Origin: Chrysomallon squamiferum | Taxonomy: Eukaryota; Animalia; Mollusca | Direction: 5' to 3' | Length of the DNA stretch: 64,000 bases | Assembly (NCBI GenBank): GCA_012295275.1 | Contig: CM022679.1 | Span: 2,604,001 to 2,668,000 of the forward strand | In this document: one piece after another, positions 1 through 16,328 of the stretch | How positions within the stretch are numbered: position 1 is the stretch's first letter | Layout of the letters: every line of letters starts with the position of its first letter | Position numbers and translations under genes: made by a program | Notes under the pieces: generated by a model | What the model was told of the DNA's origin: nothing | What the model saw: only the letters and a program-made list of their open reading frames with translations | Database searches by the model: none

Positions 1-15
1 TATTATTATTATTAT

Positions 16-48
<33 letters not shown>

Positions 49-1138
49 TATTACTACTGTTGTTGTTGTTGTTGTTGCTGTTATTATTTTATTAGCTGCA
101 TGATATGGTTTTCAATATAATGTCTTATTATGAACGGATCTCTTACGTAATTCAAGGGAACTCTGTATTGTTTATTTTTGTTAATAAAATAATAACTTTA
201 TTCTAGTAAATCATCACGTGGATGCTGTTCAAGAAGTCAAGGTAGAAACAATCACCGCCCCTTCCACGTCAGCTTTTCAAAATAAAGACCAAACCTGCAG
301 TGATGTTTACCAAGCGTCTGTATGACAGAGATGCTCAGGAACTCAGAGCAGGATTTACAAACAAAAAACAAACACACCACCTACCGCTAGAGCAGGGCTT
401 ATTTTGTGCAAATATTAGTTTTGCACTTGGAAGAAAACATATGAATGCTCAGTCGGAAACGAAATTAGGGAACTCAGTTGACGGATTTATTCCCAAGATG
501 ATCTGGAACGAAGGAAATTAGCGATGTTTTTTAAAAGATTTGAAACATTTTTTTTACAGTACAGTGAGAAAGTTCAAGGACGTTTGATATCGGGCACATA
601 ACTTGGTAGTCAGGACTTGATAGATAAAAGTGAGAGTGTAATAGTGATCAAATTTCTCTGGTTAGCACTGGTTAGAGCAGATGCTAAGATGATGTCTGAG
701 TACTATCAACTGGAGATTTCTAAACAATAGATTATTACGACTAACTCCACACTTGAGTCCAGATAATCGGCTGTTATTAAGAACTTCATAAAAAGAAAAA
801 GAAAAAAAAAAAAGACTGAAAAAATAAAAGTCATTATTGTATGAGCATAACTGTTATTCTTCTGTATGTATTTTTATATTGAATGGATGAGTTGTTATTC
901 GTTTATTGATGCCACAATTCATTAACTTATTAAGTATCGGCCTAATATGGTTGTTTAATTGAATTCCACTTTTATTGGGATATTTTCCGTATAGTTTAAC
1001 GCAGATGGAAAAGCTTATACCACGACCTTTTGACATAAATTATACTTTGAAATACAAAAACTTCTGTTTGTTAATGTCTTCATAAAGCGTTTGGTAACTA
1101 ATCGTTCGCAGATGCATTAAACAAAAATATATTTACAG

Positions 1139-1518
1139 CAGTGATTCCCAACGTGGGGTGCAAATTGAAAGGGATATAAAACGACCAAACTTCCAGTTAC
1201 ACTTTTATTCTGCGACGGACGCGCCCGCTGACCTGTCAGAAAGCGTGCCCGTCGCAGACGTGCTTCACAACAGCTTGCTCTGATTAGCACGTTAATTTTT
1301 TTCCTATTCCTATTCCTAGTTATACTTTGTCTACATATGTTATCGTGTGTCTGGCAGCACCTACGAGCAGTATGTTTAGACTTTGTTTAATTAAAGGATT
1401 TCTACTTTATATTACAGTAATTACACTTTTACAAAACTCAGTTTGCTTTAATATCAAAGGGGGACATAATATTTTTTGGATGCTGAGGGCACAGAGCAAA
1501 AAAGGTTGGGAACCACTG
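1139..1518. mobile_element. Non-autonomous hAT (Charlie-like) MITE
   Basis: Terminal inverted repeats CAGTGATTCCCAAC (1139-1152) and GTTGGGAACCACTG (1505-1518). Flanked by a perfect 8-bp target-site duplication ATTTACAG (1131-1138, 1519-1526). Confidence 0.85.
1253..1316 (+). repeat. Interspersed repeat fragment (SINE-tail-like), copy 1 of 3, nested in the hAT MITE
   Basis: Core cacaacagcttgctctgattagcacgttaattttt recurs at ~13711-13766 and ~47738-47773. Copies 1 and 2 end in a short ttcc(t/a)tt tail. Confidence 0.6.
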
Positions 1519-2902
1519 ATTTACAGTATGGTTTCAGACACATTATTCCATTATTCATCAACGTATGGTTACAGATAAAGTATCCGTTTAATTACGATTT
1601 TCTTGATTTAATAAACATCATTTTGAAGGTGTCGGAACAACAGAACAGACACTGGTGTTTTCTGAATATGTTGTTTACGTTAATAGTTTTCTTCTTGCGG
1701 AAAAAGGAAATTTAAAATAGTTGTTTTTAACTTAGTAACAAATGTAGATAAATCTGAAAGAAGCCTTTTTAAGAAGAAAAAAATAAAAAGTAAATAAAAA
1801 AAAATAAAAACAGCTTGACACAATAAAAATCAATTTACAAAAAATAAATAAATACATTAGTATTAATAGCAATAATAATAAATAAATAAATATAAACAAA
1901 TAAAAAAATAAAAAAAATAATGATAATAAAGCGATAACGAATACTAAGAGTAAACAGGCATTAATTTATCGTTTGCTAATAATTTACCCGAACACAAATA
2001 TCATAACCAGGTTGTTCAATAACAATTAACTAAAAACAGGTAAACGTATAAATAAAGTGGACGTAGGTAAACAGCCAGGAGGTTTTAGGAGAGGCTGATT
2101 AATTTACTAGGAGCTTGAAAGCGTAGGTGATGACGTAGTTCAGGTCGTTGAACATCGAAAAAACCGCTTCGGTTCCATCAGACACTTTCTGTGTTCTACT
2201 GATACGGGGTCTGGCTGAAGTGGCAGTATTTTCATAACGTCTCTGTTTGACCGGAATACTTGTCTGTACTGCTTCGTAATACCCGGATGTTGAGAAATTA
2301 TTTCTAAACTGACATTTGAGAGTGATCAGTAAACTATTTAAAAAAAAATAATAATAATATTTTAATGAATCGTAATACATGTTATAATGTTCCTTTCTGG
2401 GAAAGCTAATTTACGTTGTGAATGAAATGTCTAGTCTTGCAGCAGTGTTTGGAACAGGAAATAAAAATCATTCGTCGTTATGTGGAATGAGAAGAGTGTT
2501 TTGAAATTTGCCTTTGTTGTTTGAAAGTCCCATTTGATATGTGAAAACGTAAAGTTACACTATTTGAAAAGCATAATCAAACGGACTCTTAATCTGTAAC
2601 CATACGTTGATGGATAATGTGTCAGAAACCATACTGTGAAGAAAACAAAAATGTTGTATGTGTTATGTATACTCGATATTCTATAAAGACAACAGTTTCG
2701 TAATGGATACTAAACTGTAACCATACTGTGTAAACAATAAAACGGAATGTTTATTTGTGAAACCATCCTGTAAACAATAATGCGACGAAGATAATTTAAT
2801 AAATCATTTATCTTTATCCTCCTATGAAATACACAACAAAAGCTGGTATAACGGTACTGTGACAAGAGTAACGTAACGAACAGCGGAGTGTTAACAGATA
2901 AA

Positions 2903-5873
<2,971 letters not shown>

Positions 5874-6171
5874 ATTACGTGCACGTGCAGATCCAGAATA
5901 TTATCGGGGATAGATAAATCTCAGGGTTTCATCCACATAATCACAGGTTTCGAAACAATAACACTGGTCTTATGGACGTTTACCAATAAAGAAGATTTCA
6001 CTAGACTGGTGCACTGATTAACATGTGAATAGACTGGTCATGTTGAAATCTTGCGTCTTCTGGCTTGCAGGATTAACTTAAATATTTTGCTCACATTTCA
6101 TGTTACAGAATAAATCATTTGCCGTGTCCCCCATTAATTGTTAATAGTCTGTATTTATTTATTTATTTATT

Positions 6172-6255
<84 letters not shown>

Positions 6256-6764
6256 TAATAATTATGTTCACTGGTTTTTGTTTACAACTGTTTAAATTTT
6301 TCTCAAGCAGCTTTCATTATGAAACATTTATTGTTTTTCCAAGGCACGTACTAGTTTACAGTTTAATAGGCAGCAACCTGCCCATCTGCCCTGGGGTCCG
6401 ACCCTGACCAGTAGACCAAGTCAGCATCACATCCTTTCCCTCTCCACCAGGATCCCCTGGATATTATCTGACCACGCCCAAATACACTCCGTTCCCAGCC
6501 ACAAATCGGACCGGCAGTTTTGTGACCCATCGTTCGTAATTTATCCAAAACGTCTTTTTCAATACCATCCTCCATAAATACCAGACCGCTTGAACTACAG
6601 TAAATACAAACAGTGAAATAAAGTAAATATTAACATAATTTCTGGGAGATTATTAGTCGTTTGAAATCATTCTTATGATTCATTTATAAAATTAATGATT
6701 GGTTATTTATAATACGAGTTATCTTCCATTTACCTGTTAGTTATCTAACATGTATTTAGTCTTA

Positions 6765-6836
<72 letters not shown>

Positions 6837-7276
6837 CAGTAGCACTACTAGTAATAGCAGTAGTAGTAGTAGCAGACAGTATTTTATTAGTATAATGTTA
6901 TTTTATCAATCAACGGTTTGGTACATTTCCCGTTCCAATAATTGCTCTACAGCTCCCGAATCACCAGGACGAAAATAATTTTCAAAGAAAGGCAAATACA
7001 TTGTCTCAAGGATAAAACGTTCTATCTAAATTTTGTATTCAACATAATGTAAGAAATAAGATACTTACGTCCTGCCGCCTTCTATACAGAATCGTGGCTG
7101 ATCCAGCGCTTCTTGCGGGTTCATCCCGAACTCAATCATGTTCAGAAGAACCTGTACGTGACCCTGGGGCTGCATGAAACCACCCATGACGCCAAAACTG
7201 CAGAGTAACTCTCCTACGTATAAAATATGTAACTATTTATAATACATCGGTCCGTTAGGTGTTTATGTGTGTGTGT

Positions 7277-7277
<1 letters not shown>

Positions 7278-7342
<65 letters not shown>
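7278..7342. repeat. (AG)n microsatellite
   Basis: Direct reading. Confidence 0.95.
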
Positions 7343-7346
<4 letters not shown>

Positions 7347-7956
7347 AAGAGTTTGAAAGAATGTGATAGAGAGATAGAAATGTAATATAATTTGTATGTT
7401 ACTTGCACAAATAATTTATGATAGCCAAGATACAGCAGCAGATTTCCTTTCTCATAAAATCAATGTAAATTTATTTTAAATGAACAATCTTTAACAGAAA
7501 AATGTATTGCCATGTTGTTAAACAAATACTTGTTTATTCATGAACTATCTTTGTTGACAGTAACAGACTGTATTCAAAGGAATTTTTTAAATATAAGTAT
7601 ATAGACACTCTAAAAACATAAAATCTAGACCAAAATTATTGTTATAAATTTAATCTTCAAACTACCAGCAACAAATATTTAAAACGAAATAAGACGAAAT
7701 GGAGAGTAAAAAAAGAAGTTAATTAAATAAATTACTTCTTTTTTATTACTAAATATATACATATATAATATTGTTATAATCTAGGTAAAAATAAAATTCA
7801 TACCCGAGGTAGATGACGTCATCATTCCAGGTATGATGGTGTGGTACGGGCGTTTTCCAGGTTCCACTCGGTTTGGGTGAGAGGGATCAAGTGAAAAACC
7901 ACAACCTCGATTCTGTACAAAAAAAACTGTATTAATTACTACTGAACTAATGAATC

Positions 7957-8115
7957 AATATAATATAATATAATATAATGTAATGTAATGTAATATAATA
8001 TAATATAATATAATATAATATAATATAATATAATATAATATAATATAATATAATATAATATAATACACTGCAATATAATATAATAAGTTAAAATACAATA
8101 CAATACAATACAATC
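7957..8115. repeat. (TAATA)n / (CAATA)n pentanucleotide tract
   Basis: Direct reading. Confidence 0.9.
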
Positions 8116-8523
8116 GAACATAAAATATAAAATAAATGAATAAATAAGTAAATATTACATCAGTAATTGGATGAATTAGTAGCAGTTATTCGTTTATTCA
8201 TTCATTCATTTATTCGTGTATAATAAACGTGTCTATGAAAACAAAGTTTCTGTCTACTGTTACCTGTAATGTGAAGCCGCAGCCCTCGGGAACAAGTCCC
8301 GTTCCAAAACCCATGTAGTTGCTGTTGATGAAGGAGCAGGCATTGCCGTCTTTATCAGCCGTCGTGAAGTAAATGGTGTCGCTACACATCACTGGCGATC
8401 CTCTTTTGACGTCGGCGTGAGCTCTGACGTAGTATGACACAAAAAATTACTGACAGATTATTATTTCTTTTTTAATTTTTCCGTTTTTGTTTTTAACTTT
8501 ATTTTATCTTATTTTATCTTATT

Positions 8524-8554
<31 letters not shown>

Positions 8555-10260
8555 TTTGTTGTTTATTTATTTTATTTGTTTTAAATATTATAAAGCAGAC
8601 ACTTTAACTAATTATAAAGTCAGGAGAAAATAAATATGAAATAGGCCATTTAAAAACTGATATTTAATCTTGAAGAATTAATAAAAGGATTTTTATTTTA
8701 AAACTGCCTATGACATTTTAATCTTAAAGGTTTGATGTATGACCTGGCATCCACGGGAGGAGACTTACTACCACCATCTAATTCTTATAATAATGAGCTG
8801 TAACAAATATTTCACGTGATCCTTCCCGCATACAGGAAAACAGTTATTAGGATTTGTGACACATTAGCTTCATAAATACTGATAATGAGACCAATAACTT
8901 CATATTATATGATTACATCATACAGATACTATTGTACACACGCACGCACGCACAGGCACGCATACCGTGAACGATCAATCAGTTTTCTTCTCGTCTCCGC
9001 ATAACGATCGGACAGTAGATCTGTGATGGGGACGCACTGCTTGCCTGGGTCTGTACAGAACCATCTCCATCAGCAAAACTCAGCCGTAGAGATTCAATTA
9101 GAAGATGAAGATATTCAGCTGAGTTGGGTTTTATATCTGTGGTAAAATAAATAAAATAGAATTAAAAAATAAATAAATAACAAGAACAACAAGAATAAGA
9201 ACAATAATAAGAAGAATAAGAAGAAGATAAAGAAGATGAAGAAGGACAAGCAGAAGAAGAAGAGCAAGATGATGATAATGACAATGAAGAACATAAATAA
9301 GAAGAAAGAAAAAGAAAATGTCACTTTCGGATGATGGACAGACAGATATACAGACTGAAAGTCAGATTGATATATTGTTCTGAAAGTAGTGAAAGAAACA
9401 AGATGATATAAATGATAACAATAATGATGGCTATTGTCACTTTCATTACCTTTGAAATCGAAACCTTTAAGAATATTTAAAGCTTGCAGAGCTACAATTC
9501 CCTGGCCGTTTGGTGGCATTTCCCAAATACGATAACCTTTATAATCAATACTGATTGGATCATCAAAGGTAGTCACGTGTGCTGCAAGGTCATCAACGGT
9601 CAAAAGGCCGCCATGTTGTTGTACTGTATTTGCAATGGCACTGGCTATTCGTCCTGAGTAAAAACCCTCTTTGCCGTCGGCTGCAAGTGTCTATAAGTTT
9701 TGTATAAGCAAGTGAAACACGTGTATCAAATAAGCAAAGAAGAAAATGTCTGAAATTTCCCGAGCTCATCACTGGTTATTACTCAAACAACTAATACTAA
9801 TGTTACTACTATGGCATGGGCCATTTTCAAATCTTTGGTTCAAAGTTAATCTGTTAATTTAATATCAATTTTTTATGTACCTAAAATCAAAACGCCGGAA
9901 CAAGCATGGATGTAAGGTTTTCGCCATCCAACTCTAAAACATGCAGACTTTTACTCAACATATAAACGTACTAACAAAATTTCATTTTTTTTTTTTTTTT
10001 TTTTTTTTTTTTGACTCCTACCTTAAATGTCTTCGCTAAATGTGGCATTTTCATGATCTGACCATGTCTCGGTGATTCTCCGTTCAGCAGCATGTCTTTG
10101 CCGTGGACATTTTACAGTCTTTGAATAAGCTCAGCGCCTGTGAATGAATATTCTTAAATCTGAAACCGGTGACATTTGTGAGAACAAAATCTTTATCATC
10201 ATCATCATCATTATTTACATTTTTTATAATTTCTATCATTCACTTCGACTTTTTCATTCT

Positions 10261-10291
<31 letters not shown>

Positions 10292-12908
10292 CTGTTTATA
10301 TATTTATTTATTTATGTTTAGTTATAAATGGTTTAGATTAATACTTTTCTCCCATGCATTTGCAACCCACTGTTGCACCGGAAATCCGGTTTCTGCTAGA
10401 TGAATGGCTGGTTGGAGAACGTCATTCAGAGAAAGCTAAAATTAGAAACACACGTGTAAAGTAATTGTTATTCTTTCCCATGGAATAAGATCTGTTTCAG
10501 AATTATTTTGTTTTAATGTAAAGCGGCTATGAAATCAGTACGGGTAATCTATTACGATCGAGAGCGGTGAGTTCATCAAAATATAGTTTTTTTTTATTAT
10601 TTAGCACACCAGCATAAAGGAAATAACTGGTTACTGGCATCAGATAGCAGCTCTAAGGTGAGGACTGGGTCTTTCGACCTAAACAGTAAGCAGTTATTCT
10701 CTGTAGTTATGTTAGCCCACGCCAGCGTAACAATAAGCATCCTTCCTTAATATGAATTTTATTCATATTTATTAAATAAGAGGTAAAAAAATATGTTTGA
10801 TTTTATAAATATAGCCAGCATTTTTCTTTTATACATTTGTCTCCTGTGGAGAAAATTAAAAACATAAAATAAAAATAATGATAAAAAAGCATTCTGCAGA
10901 GGAACAGAATTTTAAATTCTATAAGCATCGTTTTATGTTAATTCGTGAATACTGATTAAACAAAGATGTGATATTAACGACCAGAGGATTAACTGAGGCC
11001 CTTTCGAGGTTGATGCTACTCACTTTTTTGGAACCGAAGTTTTCCAAAGTGTCCGCCCAAGCCGCCGCGGCTCCAGGCACAGTGACAGAATGAGCGTGAC
11101 AGACAGGAAAGGGACTGGAAGTATCGAATCCTTGCTTAGACAGTATTTCCAGATCCAACCCCTTTGAAGATCGTCCACTTGAAATTAAGATAAACAACTA
11201 TACATTTTATACAAATAATATTTATCAGTTTGTTGTTGTTGTGTGTTTGTTTATATTACAGGTTGAGGATTGTCAAACTGGTTGAGGATGGTTAAACTTG
11301 TTGTTGTTGTTGTTGTTGTTGTTGAGGCTACTTTTATTATTATTGTTTTATTTGATTTTGTTGTTGTTTTAATGTTACTATTATTACTGTTGTTGTTGTT
11401 GTTGCTGTTGTTGTTTTTGTTAATGACTCATACCTTCCATTCAGTCCTTTCACTGACTTGGTTTTTGCGTCGTAGAACAAACAGAACGCGTCACCGCCAA
11501 TTCCTGTAGAACACGGTTCTGTCACGTTCAGAGCAGCAGCAACCGCCACGGCAGCATCAGCAGCATTGCCTCCTCGTTTTAAGATATCTGAATATTAGAA
11601 TGACACTTTATCGTCATCATCGTCGTCGTCGTTATTATTATTATTATTATTATTATAAATGGACCGCTAGCCCTGAACACCACACTTTTAATGGGCTGGT
11701 TTCATTTGGTCCACATACAAACCCATGATATTCTCATGTTATCCATAATCCATATGCTGCACACGGTCGCCTTAGAGGAGGTTACATCCACAGAATATAT
11801 TCAATATGTTAGTATATTTCATAAAATGTGTGTAATTGTTTGGTGATCGTTACTGACTATTTTCAGTATTAGGATTTTACAGACAATGCATGTTAAACTT
11901 GCCTGGTTCACCGCAACATTTCTACTACTACGACTATTTATTTATTTATTTATCTATTTATCTTATTTTATTTTTCCTTTTTATTTTATTTTTTTATTAT
12001 TATTATTTATATTTATTTTAATTATTGTTATTTTATTACTATTACATTCATGAAATTAATAAAGACAACAATCGAACGAACGCAACAAATAAATTTGAAA
12101 ATAACGATAACATGGGAACCCTAAACGGGCCTACTGGGGAAAAAGTCATTATGATCTCGTGAGCTATTGTATTTTTATTCAATGGTATTTATTAAAAACA
12201 CGATATTCCTTTTATACTACAATAAAACACATTAAAAAGATAAAATTTTAGTTTTTACCAATTCCAATCTGAGATGCTAGCGGCTGGCTGCAGGCGACAC
12301 TTCCGTTTAAACTAACAACAACTGATCGTCTCGATTTAAAGCTTAAATCGGCAGCCATTTTGTTAACAAGACTAGAATATCTTTTGTATTTAAATATTTT
12401 GCAAGTGGTAAAGATATATGTGATCCTGGTATTATTTTGTGATAGGAGAAATATCATTTTTGATACAAATACTTTCTACTATGCTAAAATATAATTTGAT
12501 TGTTTATTTTATTTATATAGTTTTATCAAATTTTGTATTTTAGAACTGAAACGAAAGAAAATTATAATTTCTGTTCTCGGTCCCAACAGTATTATAATTT
12601 TATTCATTAAAAGTAAACACCATTACATTAGTGTACTGAAAACATAGATATGCCATACATATTGTAAGTATATTATGTTAAATATGAACAAACTGAATCA
12701 TATTAGTTAACCTCAAATATTTTGTTGTATTAATGTTTTAAGGTATGAAGGCAGCTGTAGAAAAAAAAAAAAGTCTTAAGTATAAAATTGTTATCAGCAC
12801 TGGTTATATGGATTCCAAGTTTAAAAAGCCAAAAAAAAAAGAAATCGTGAAATCCATGAAGGAAAATAAAGATCTTTGTTTCTTTGGTAGACAATAACAA
12901 TAAATAGA

Positions 12909-12939
<31 letters not shown>

Positions 12940-13489
12940 ATCTTAAGCAGAAGATTATTCTCAATATCAAATCAAAGAGAAGCTGACAGCCAACAAGGAA
13001 CACAGAGATTGCTGTGTCATTAGAGCCTGCGTTTATTCAATATCTTAAAGGGTAAAGCAGTCATCTAGCCGTCGTTTGAAAGAATATTAGTTCGACCTAA
13101 ATCTCATGTGTCTGATTATTGTCAGGGTTGATACCTACTCGGAAGACTGTGCAGAGAAGGCTTGGGCAGGAAGGGGAGGAAATCCCCCAACAACCAGAAA
13201 GGAGCTTCCTGTAGACAACAATAAGACTGGGGATCCGAAAATGACTGTAGGATGTAGTCACGAGACCACATAAAACTTAAGAATGAAAGTTTCTGTCCAT
13301 CAAGTTTTGATATCTGTTATATAAATAATAACGCAAAAACAACAAAAAACAAAAATAAAACAAAATACCCTCCTTTTTAGTTCTTCACTGTAAGAGAGAG
13401 AACCACAAGGTCAGTCAAAAACGTACTTGTCTCCAATGGCACTGCAGTCTCTTAACCGATGCATCAAATCCGAATGTAATCACAAATGG

Positions 13490-13766
13490 TCTAGGGATAT
13501 GAATGGTCGATGTAAGGTTTATTACACTGGTCATGGCTGGGATCGATTCCTATCGGAATAACGCAGCCAAATTTTAGACAGGAAGTCACCTTAAAAAAGT
13601 TAATATGTTGGACGATTACACAAGACTGGAAACGACTGTCAAATAAATGACGTCATTGAGGGAAATAATAAGTATATAAACAACTTAAAAAAAAAATATT
13701 ATTTGCAATTCGCAGACGTTTCACAACAGCTTTATTAGCACGTTAATTTTTTTCCATTTCCATTTC
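13490..13766 (+). mobile_element. Probable degenerate tRNA-derived SINE
   Basis: B-box-like gggatcgattcc near 13539-13550, and a 3' segment (13711-13766) matching the repeat at 1253-1316 and 47738-47773. Confidence 0.4.
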
Positions 13767-14349
13767 CAATATTATTTATTTATTTGAATGGAAATTTCTT
13801 GTCACTATTAAATATCAAATTAAAACATTTAAGAGCATATTTTTCTGTTGTAATGAAAATTACGTTAAAGATGAAATTTTGTTAAAAAGAATGTCAGCAA
13901 AAGTGGAAGGTCAAGGAGTTGAAGGAGATTCAACTCAAGCACTGCCTTCAATGAGAATAGTAACATTCTAACCAGTAACTTCAGTTCTGTGAGTGGTGCA
14001 GAATTCAACAAATGCAGCTTTTTAAAAATTATTATTTCCTAATAAGTTATATATTTTATATGCACTTATTAATACTAATTTCAAAGGAAATAGCCCAATA
14101 AATGCAAGAAAAAAACATTGATGATATTATTATTATTATTATTATCATTATTTTATTGTTTAACAGTGAAAGTAATCCAATAACACTGCAGGATTAAAGA
14201 AAAGTAAAAATTTTTGTTTTGTTTTCTTGGTAAATTAAAAATAAAAATAAATAAAAGCATTCTGTTTTAATCCAAAACCTGTGGATGCCCCATTGTTGGC
14301 AATAAATAAATAAATGTCACTAGATGATATTGTGAAATCTGAAACAAGA

Positions 14350-14379
14350 CAAACCAAAACAAACATAAGCAGATTTATT
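14350..14379 (-). terminator. Candidate distal polyadenylation signal of DGKE
   Basis: Minus-strand AATAAA (14379-14374) followed by GU/U-rich tgtttgttttggtttgtcttgtttc. Lies near the left edge of the CpG-poor domain. Confidence 0.45.
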
Positions 14380-14655
14380 GACAACAACAAGCTGCTAATA
14401 AGAAACATAACTTACATAAGAAATAAATAAAGTATCACAGTTAAGGAAATATTGTTCGTTTACATAGTTAAATAAAACACACATAAAGCTTTACCTATAT
14501 TAACCATTTGTTAAAATAACATAGTGGCTGGAGTTATTTAGTCCTGTGTTTGGGATCAGACAGCTGTCTTTAGAAAATATAACTTGACAACATAAACTGG
14601 TTGTTTTGTCTGAACCAGAGAACAGGGTAGTGAATGGTGTGTGGTTTTTTTTATT

Positions 14656-14687
<32 letters not shown>

Positions 14688-15991
14688 TTTGTAGATGTTA
14701 TTGTGAAAATATAAAATGTCATTTAAAATAACTAATTTCAAAGGAGACAGTAAAGTGAATGTTTTGGCACATATCTTTTTTCAAAAATTTTTAAGAATAT
14801 TAAAAATATCTTAATAATGATACTGAAATATGCTTCAATAAGAAAACACCTGAAATAAAAGGTTGAATATTAGCTGATATTTACAGATATGTAAAAAAAA
14901 AAAAAAAAATTGTGGAAACTATTGAAATTTCTTTTGAAATTGGTCAAATTTACTTTAAATTCAGATTTGTGACATCACTAACAAATTGACTGCAATCTCA
15001 CAAAAGAAAGAATAAAATATTAAAAGTTGAATACAGATAGCTACAACACAGGCAAATAATCCATTGTCTTAAATGTGAAACCATAAAATATCACTTGTGT
15101 AGTTGTATTAGAAGTAGTTAGTTTAATTTTGTATGTGTTAAAATGTTTTCCTTTTAAACACTGCATACCATTCCATTCTGAATAATTTTGGGTTAGGGTT
15201 AGTTATTATTATTATTCTTATTTTAATTGACAAGATTAAGAACAAAAAAAATAAATAAATAAATAAATAAATAAATAAAAGATAATTTTATTTTTACACT
15301 ATTAAGTAATTAGGATTATTATTGTTATTATTGATACTGTGATTGCAATTATTATTATTTATTTAGTTATTAAATTTTATTTTATTTTATTTTATTTTAT
15401 TAATTAAATTTGTTGCAAGGTTATATTTTGCCTGTGTATAACAGAATTTAAATTAGAGGAACAACAACAAAAAACACCTTTCAGCTGATTAATGAATGGC
15501 ATCTCATTAAAAATATTTCAAATTGAATAAAAAATTTCTGTGTACATTATGTCTGTCACATACACAGTTCTGTGCTGAAAATAAATAAATAAATTAATTA
15601 ATTAAATTAAAAATAATAATAAAAATAACAATAAATAAAAGCAAGAAATAATAATAAAGAAAGAAATAATAGTATGAAATACAGGAAATTACATTATTCT
15701 GGTATCACTGTTGCAATATACAATATATCTTTTTTTATATACTGTATATAAATTAAATTATGCAATATAACTATTATGGTTAATTTAAATTGTTCAGTTA
15801 TAATTACTAGATATTAATATTAAAAAATTGTTCTTTTTGTGACAAGTGTCAGACGTGAAATAAAGATGAAAGAAATGTAATAAATGTGTTACTGTATTTT
15901 AACATAAATAATTTAAACTTGACTTCGTTTCATATTTCTCAAAGTAAATAAAATAACAAAAATATAAAACAATGGAAATATATTTAAAATT

Positions 15992-16328
15992 TTGATTAAC
16001 AAAAACATATTTACTATAACAAATAAATAAGTAAAAATACATTTATAAAAATATTTTTAACATTGTTGCTTGTTACTTTGTATGAATATGAACTATGTGA
16101 TTTTAATATTACCTTCTGAGACTGACAAAAGAAAAAATAAATAAAATATATATATATTTTTATTTATTTTTCTTTTCTTTATTTTTTCTTTTGTCTGTCT
16201 CAGAAGTAATATTAAAATCACATAGTTCATATTCATACAAAATAATTAGCAAGCAACAATGTTAAAAATATTTTTATAAACTTATTTTTACTTATTTATT
16301 TATTATAGTAAATGTTTTTGTTAATCAA
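15992..16328. repeat. Long near-perfect inverted repeat (~160-bp arms, centred on an (AT)n run)
   Basis: Left arm ttgattaacaaaaacatatttactata...gtatgaatatgaactatgtgattttaatattaccttctgagactgacaaaag is the reverse complement of right arm cttttgtctgtctcagaagtaatattaaaatcacatagttcatattcatac...gtttttgttaatcaa. Confidence 0.9.

Larger units (their letters stand above)
6363..12358 (-). pseudogene. Gamma-glutamyltransferase, cytosolic YwrD/HpxW-like class; 11 exons; disrupted by a premature TAA and a frameshift
   Basis: Exons (5'->3'): 12358-12259, 11587-11434, 11177-11024, 10435-10345, 10137-10022, 9690-9450, 9136-8966, 8423-8264, 7912-7804, 7213-7069, 6594-6363. Motifs [41 protein letters not shown] (Thr nucleophile), [43 protein letters not shown]. 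In-frame TAA at 10114-10112 and a 1-nt deletion near 9068-9064. Family call is firm; pseudogene status could be allelic or an assembly error. Confidence 0.8.

Noticed and set aside
2594-2780. Recurring aaccatactgtg(taaacaataa) motifs upstream of the GPCR ATG
   Set aside because: Most simply a decayed local tandem duplication; the forkhead-like GTAAACA matches are not significant in this AT-rich DNA.
10095-10114. Rescue of the GGT stop by readthrough, selenocysteine or a downstream AAG acceptor
   Set aside because: The codon is TAA, not TGA. The in-phase downstream AAG lacks a pyrimidine tract. The separate exon 7 frameshift would remain anyway.
6363-12358. Bacterial contamination or recent HGT for the YwrD-like GGT
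   Set aside because: Ten spliceosomal introns with host-like microsatellites, embedded among animal genes.
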